A DNA stretch of 39,184 bases from a virus. Its lineage: Duplodnaviria > Caudoviricetes. Location of the stretch: positions 1 to 39,184 of the IMG/VR virus record IMGVR_UViG_3300049781_000037; one strand, written 5' to 3'. The notes below the pieces were generated by a model. It was not told where the DNA came from, made no database searches, and saw only the letters and a program-made list of their open reading frames with translations. Position 1 is the stretch's first letter. Every line of letters starts with the position of its first letter. Below, piece after piece: positions 36,407 through 39,184 of this stretch. Position numbers and translations under genes: made by a program.

Positions 36407-36607
36407 CTACTGCTGTAGTGCGGGCTGTGGGTGCAGCCAGCAGTAGTGCCAGTCGGCGTGCGGGTGTGGGTCGGCGCCGAACATCCGCAGGACGTACGTG
36501 TCGCCGTGCAGTTCGAGCTGTCCGGTTGGCCGGCCGAGCTCCCCGCTCTGCACGGTCACCTCTTCGCCGTCGGCCGGGCCGCCCTCGACCCCGAGTCGCA
36601 TCTCCAC
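36407..36607 (-). CDS. Small hypothetical protein (66 aa)
   Basis: GTG after GGGGGA RBS; GGPADG motif. Confidence 0.55.
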   Translation of the reverse strand: MEMRLGVEGGPADGEEVTVQSGELGRPTGQLELHGDTYVLRMFGADPHPHADWHYCWLHPQPALQQ

Positions 36608-36643
36608 GTTCCCCCAACTGGTGGATTCGGCTGATGGTTACGC

Positions 36644-36679
36644 GAAAGCCCCGCCGTCCAGGAGGGAACGACGGGGCCT
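36644..36679 (-). terminator. Intrinsic terminator after membrane-anchored protein gene
   Basis: Minus strand GCCCCGTCGT...ACGGCGGGGC-TTTC. Confidence 0.65.
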
Positions 36680-36685
36680 GCTGCT

Positions 36686-37336
36686 CTACTTGACGTTGCC
36701 CGCAAAGATCGCCGTTTCCGATTCGGCCGTCGGCGACAGCTCGACTTGCAGGTACTTCTCGCCCTTCGGCAGCTCGCAACCCGTCTTCGCCGAGACCGAT
36801 TTGCCGGGGCGGAGATGCACCTGGGGCAGGCCGTCCAGTCCGCGCTCGGAGTCGAAGACCTGTGCACTCTCCTGCCCGTCGTCGCCGTACAGGCAGGTGA
36901 GGTAGCCGGATGAGACGTCGACGGTCTGATCCCCCTTGTTGCGGATCTTGACGGTGAACTTCACGAATGGGGTGCTCTGCGGCGCCGCGTACGGACCGGT
37001 CACTCCCCGCGTCCAGCCGGTCAACTCGACCTCAACACCGCCGTCCCAGCTCACTCCGTCCGTCAGCGACCAGACCTCTGGCCCAGTGTCCTCGGGCGTC
37101 GGCACGGGCTCAGCGGCTGCGGTGATGGTGTCGTCGGCCGGGGTGCTCGACTCGGTGGCGGCCGGGCTGTTGCTGTCGTCGTCTCTGGAGTTGACGACGA
37201 CGACGCCGGTGGCGACGATCGCCGCGATAACGGCGGCGGCCGACCCGATGATGACCGCGTTAGTGCGGTTCTTGGCAGGCTTCGGCGGCTCGGGCGGGAG
37301 CGGCGGCGGGAAGCCGGGCTGCGTGGGTGTGTCCAT
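36686..37336 (-). CDS. Membrane-anchored extracytoplasmic Ig-fold protein (DUF4352-like) moron
   Basis: Pro-rich N-terminus, single TM, Thr/Pro linker, VKFTVKIRNKG..TVD, LRPGKS. Confidence 0.72.
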   Translation of the reverse strand: MDTPTQPGFPPPLPPEPPKPAKNRTNAVIIGSAAAVIAAIVATGVVVVNSRDDDSNSPAATESSTPADDTITAAAEPVPTPEDTGPEVWSLTDGVSWDGGVEVELTGWTRGVTGPYAAPQSTPFVKFTVKIRNKGDQTVDVSSGYLTCLYGDDGQESAQVFDSERGLDGLPQVHLRPGKSVSAKTGCELPKGEKYLQVELSPTAESETAIFAGNVK

Positions 37337-37470
37337 GGTCCCCCCAGGTGATGTGTCGTGAGGTGTATGATGCGCCCGTGTGAAGACGCGGTGAAGGCGC
37401 TGTTCCTGATCTGTGACCCGAAATCACCCGACGCGGGTAGTCCGTCTCGCCCGCGTCGACCACTTCGGTC

Positions 37471-37557
37471 GGTAGATGGTGGGTAGATCGGCCGGTAGAC
37501 GGCGGTAGATGGGCCGGTAGACGTGCAGGTCAGGCAGCGGTAGATGGCCCGGTAGAC
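37471..37557. repeat. Array of seven GGTAGAY direct repeats at about 11-bp spacing
   Basis: Copies start at 37471, 37482, 37494, 37504, 37516, 37539 and 37551. Confidence 0.85.
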
Positions 37558-38144
37558 GGCTCTTGCGGCTCGGCCGGGGAAGGGGCTTCGAGGTCCCTCC
37601 GGCGCACCCCCCACGTGGGGGTGCGGCCCACCTTCACGGAGCGGTCAACGGGGATGTCCAGGCGAGCCAGATGGACGCGCAGATCGGTGACCGTACGGCC
37701 CTCCCACTGGTGGTGCTTCTGGAGGTGGGCGAGGACCGTGCGGAGGTGCACCCCGGAGCCGGTCCCCATGAGGTCGACGAGGAGCTGCCGGAGCACCGTC
37801 ACATGGAGGGCGTGCGCGGCCTGTTCGGAGGAGTCCTCGACGCCCTCGTCGGGGGCGTCTCGGGAGGCTCGCCAGGCGGCGCGGATCCACCACCCGGCGA
37901 GCAGCCACAGCAGCCACGGGACGGCCCGGACAACGGCCCACACCGCGTAGGCGAGAGCGCCGAGCAGGACCAGGCGCACGAGCGGACCGAGGGCAGCACG
38001 CCAACCGTCGAGGTCGTCACGGCGGCCGGCGCGCACCCATGTGGTGAGGGCGTCGACGCGCTGCTCCCACACGGTGTACGAGCCGCGGGCGAGACGGTCA
38101 GCGATGCTGCTGCGCGCAGCCCACCAGGCCAGGCGACGCTTCAT
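37530..38144 (-). CDS. Membrane protein with C-terminal winged-helix-like domain (resembles TraB C-terminus; no ATPase)
   Basis: ATG 38144 overlapping upstream stop; 2 TM; GVHLRTVLAHLQ..WEGRTVTDLRVHLARLDIPV..SVKVG..PTWGVRRRDL. Confidence 0.7.
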   Translation of the reverse strand: MKRRLAWWAARSSIADRLARGSYTVWEQRVDALTTWVRAGRRDDLDGWRAALGPLVRLVLLGALAYAVWAVVRAVPWLLWLLAGWWIRAAWRASRDAPDEGVEDSSEQAAHALHVTVLRQLLVDLMGTGSGVHLRTVLAHLQKHHQWEGRTVTDLRVHLARLDIPVDRSVKVGRTPTWGVRRRDLEAPSPAEPQEPSTGPSTAA

Positions 38145-38647
38145 CAGATGCTCCCTGTGACGAGCAGCGCGTAGCCCTTGGCGCCCACGTTGTTGACCAG
38201 GTCGGGCCACCAGCCGAGCAGCTTGGCGACGCCGGGCAGAAAGCCGAGTACGGCGAACGAGGCGACCCCGCCGATGATCCGGCGTTTGTCCAGCTTGCCG
38301 GACGTCTTGTAGAGGATGATCACGCCGAGCAGGAGCAGGCAGACGACGACGCCACCCTCCTGCGTCAGGGTGCCCATGCGGCCCGTCGGCATCGGTGCCG
38401 CGCCGGACGTGCCCGTCACCTTTGAAACGCCCGTGTTGCCGCCGCTGGTGAAGATCCCTGCGATCCCGGCCGCGCCCCAGCCGAGCGCGCCACCGATGCA
38501 GATCGTGCCGAGGGAGCCGAGGCCAGCGCCGCTGGCGTACGGCAGCAGGGCCTTGGGGTCGCGGCCTCCCTTCCACCAGGGGCGCAGGTTGGCCCACAGG
38601 ATGCCGAGGGCCACGGCTACACCAGCGAGGGACAGTCCGACGTTCAT
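38144..38647 (-). CDS. Gly-rich polytopic membrane protein (plasmid spread/transfer-like)
   Basis: 167 aa, about 4 hydrophobic segments, translationally coupled on both sides. Confidence 0.72.
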   Translation of the reverse strand: MNVGLSLAGVAVALGILWANLRPWWKGGRDPKALLPYASGAGLGSLGTICIGGALGWGAAGIAGIFTSGGNTGVSKVTGTSGAAPMPTGRMGTLTQEGGVVVCLLLLGVIILYKTSGKLDKRRIIGGVASFAVLGFLPGVAKLLGWWPDLVNNVGAKGYALLVTGSI

Positions 38648-39184
38648 CGTGCGACTCCGGTGAGGAACTGGACCGGGTCGTACCAGGACAGGCTGGCGAG
38701 CGACCCGATGAAGGTGGTGGCGAGGGCGAACAGGCGTAGTGGGCTGCCGCCCTTACGGATGATGACGGTGGTGGCGAGGGCGAGCGGGGTGAGGCCGAGG
38801 CCGTAGCCCCAACCGATGCCCCACTCCTCGCGGCAGAGGCCGACGGTGTAGTGCCAGATGCTGGCGGCCGAGTGGCCGACGCCCGGGATCGGGATCACGG
38901 CGGCGGCGAGGCCGATGACGGCGTGCCAGGGGCGGACGTACCGGCCGAGCCAGTCGCGGAGGCGCTCCCAGCGGGACGGATCCGGTTCCGGATCGGGGTC
39001 CGCCCAGGTCAGGTGCACTTCATGGGTGTGGCGGACTTCGACAGTCCGGGGCTCCGGATCGGGCGGAAGGGGCGCCGGAGTCGCCACGGCGGGCGGTGGC
39101 GGCGGGGGTGGAGGCATGCGCCAGGGCGGTTCTTCACCGGGCTCGGGCGGCCGGGCCGGGAGTGGGGCGCCGGAGGGGATGACG
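38644..39184 (-). CDS. Pro-rich membrane protein (plasmid spread/transfer-like), probably 5'-truncated by window
   Basis: Frame open to window edge upstream of ATG 39117 (VIPSGAPLPARPPEPGEEPPWRM...); three C-terminal hydrophobic segments. Confidence 0.7.
   Translation of the reverse strand, partial: VIPSGAPLPARPPEPGEEPPWRMPPPPPPPPAVATPAPLPPDPEPRTVEVRHTHEVHLTWADPDPEPDPSRWERLRDWLGRYVRPWHAVIGLAAAVIPIPGVGHSAASIWHYTVGLCREEWGIGWGYGLGLTPLALATTVIIRKGGSPLRLFALATTFIGSLASLSWYDPVQFLTGVAR

Larger units (their letters stand above)
1..39184 (-). mobile_element. Temperate actinophage (siphovirus-like) genome segment; no host genes recognised
   Basis: Ordered terminase-portal-capsid-tail-lysis modules, serine integrase, cI/cro switch, overlapping ATGA/GTGA/TGATG junctions throughout. 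Confidence 0.95.

Noticed and set aside
37471-37557. GGTAGAY array as a CRISPR or replication-origin iteron set
   Set aside because: Repeats of 7 bp with mostly 3-5 bp gaps are far too short for CRISPR and there are no cas genes; no rep gene or AT-rich unwinding region is adjacent (an origin role is not fully excluded)
1-39184. tRNA/rRNA genes, IS elements, reverse transcriptase/DGR
   Set aside because: None recognised by eye; a tRNAscan/Infernal run would be needed to exclude small RNAs

Overview
The whole window is a temperate siphovirus-type phage of a high-GC actinomycete (Streptomyces-like codon usage and gene content), encoded almost entirely on the minus strand. Read along the minus strand (right to left), it contains: a plasmid/AICE-like membrane-protein cluster ending in a TM + winged-helix gene and a phased GGTAGAY repeat array; morons; terS/terL; portal; MuF-like protein; scaffold; major capsid; five extra head-associated genes; head-tail joining genes; tail tube; a -1 frameshifted tail chaperone; tape measure; tail tip; and a lysis cassette (amidase endolysin, holin, TM protein, collagen-like protein). 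An accessory block follows: secreted HNH/DUF1524-like nuclease, HAD hydrolase, XRE-TPR regulator, three Cys-rich mini-proteins and a three-gene graspetide RiPP cluster (precursor, ATP-grasp ligase, PIMT-like methyltransferase; tgmABC/graspimiditide type). After that come an XRE, a symmetric attP-like site, a large serine integrase, a cI/cro-like switch with five 16-bp operator boxes, and early genes. The top leads are the phage-borne graspimiditide operon under a TPR sensor, the ATPase-less TraB-like protein with clt-like repeats, and an apparently intact attP suggesting an unintegrated genome. Product calls come from motif recognition and synteny only; no database search was run.
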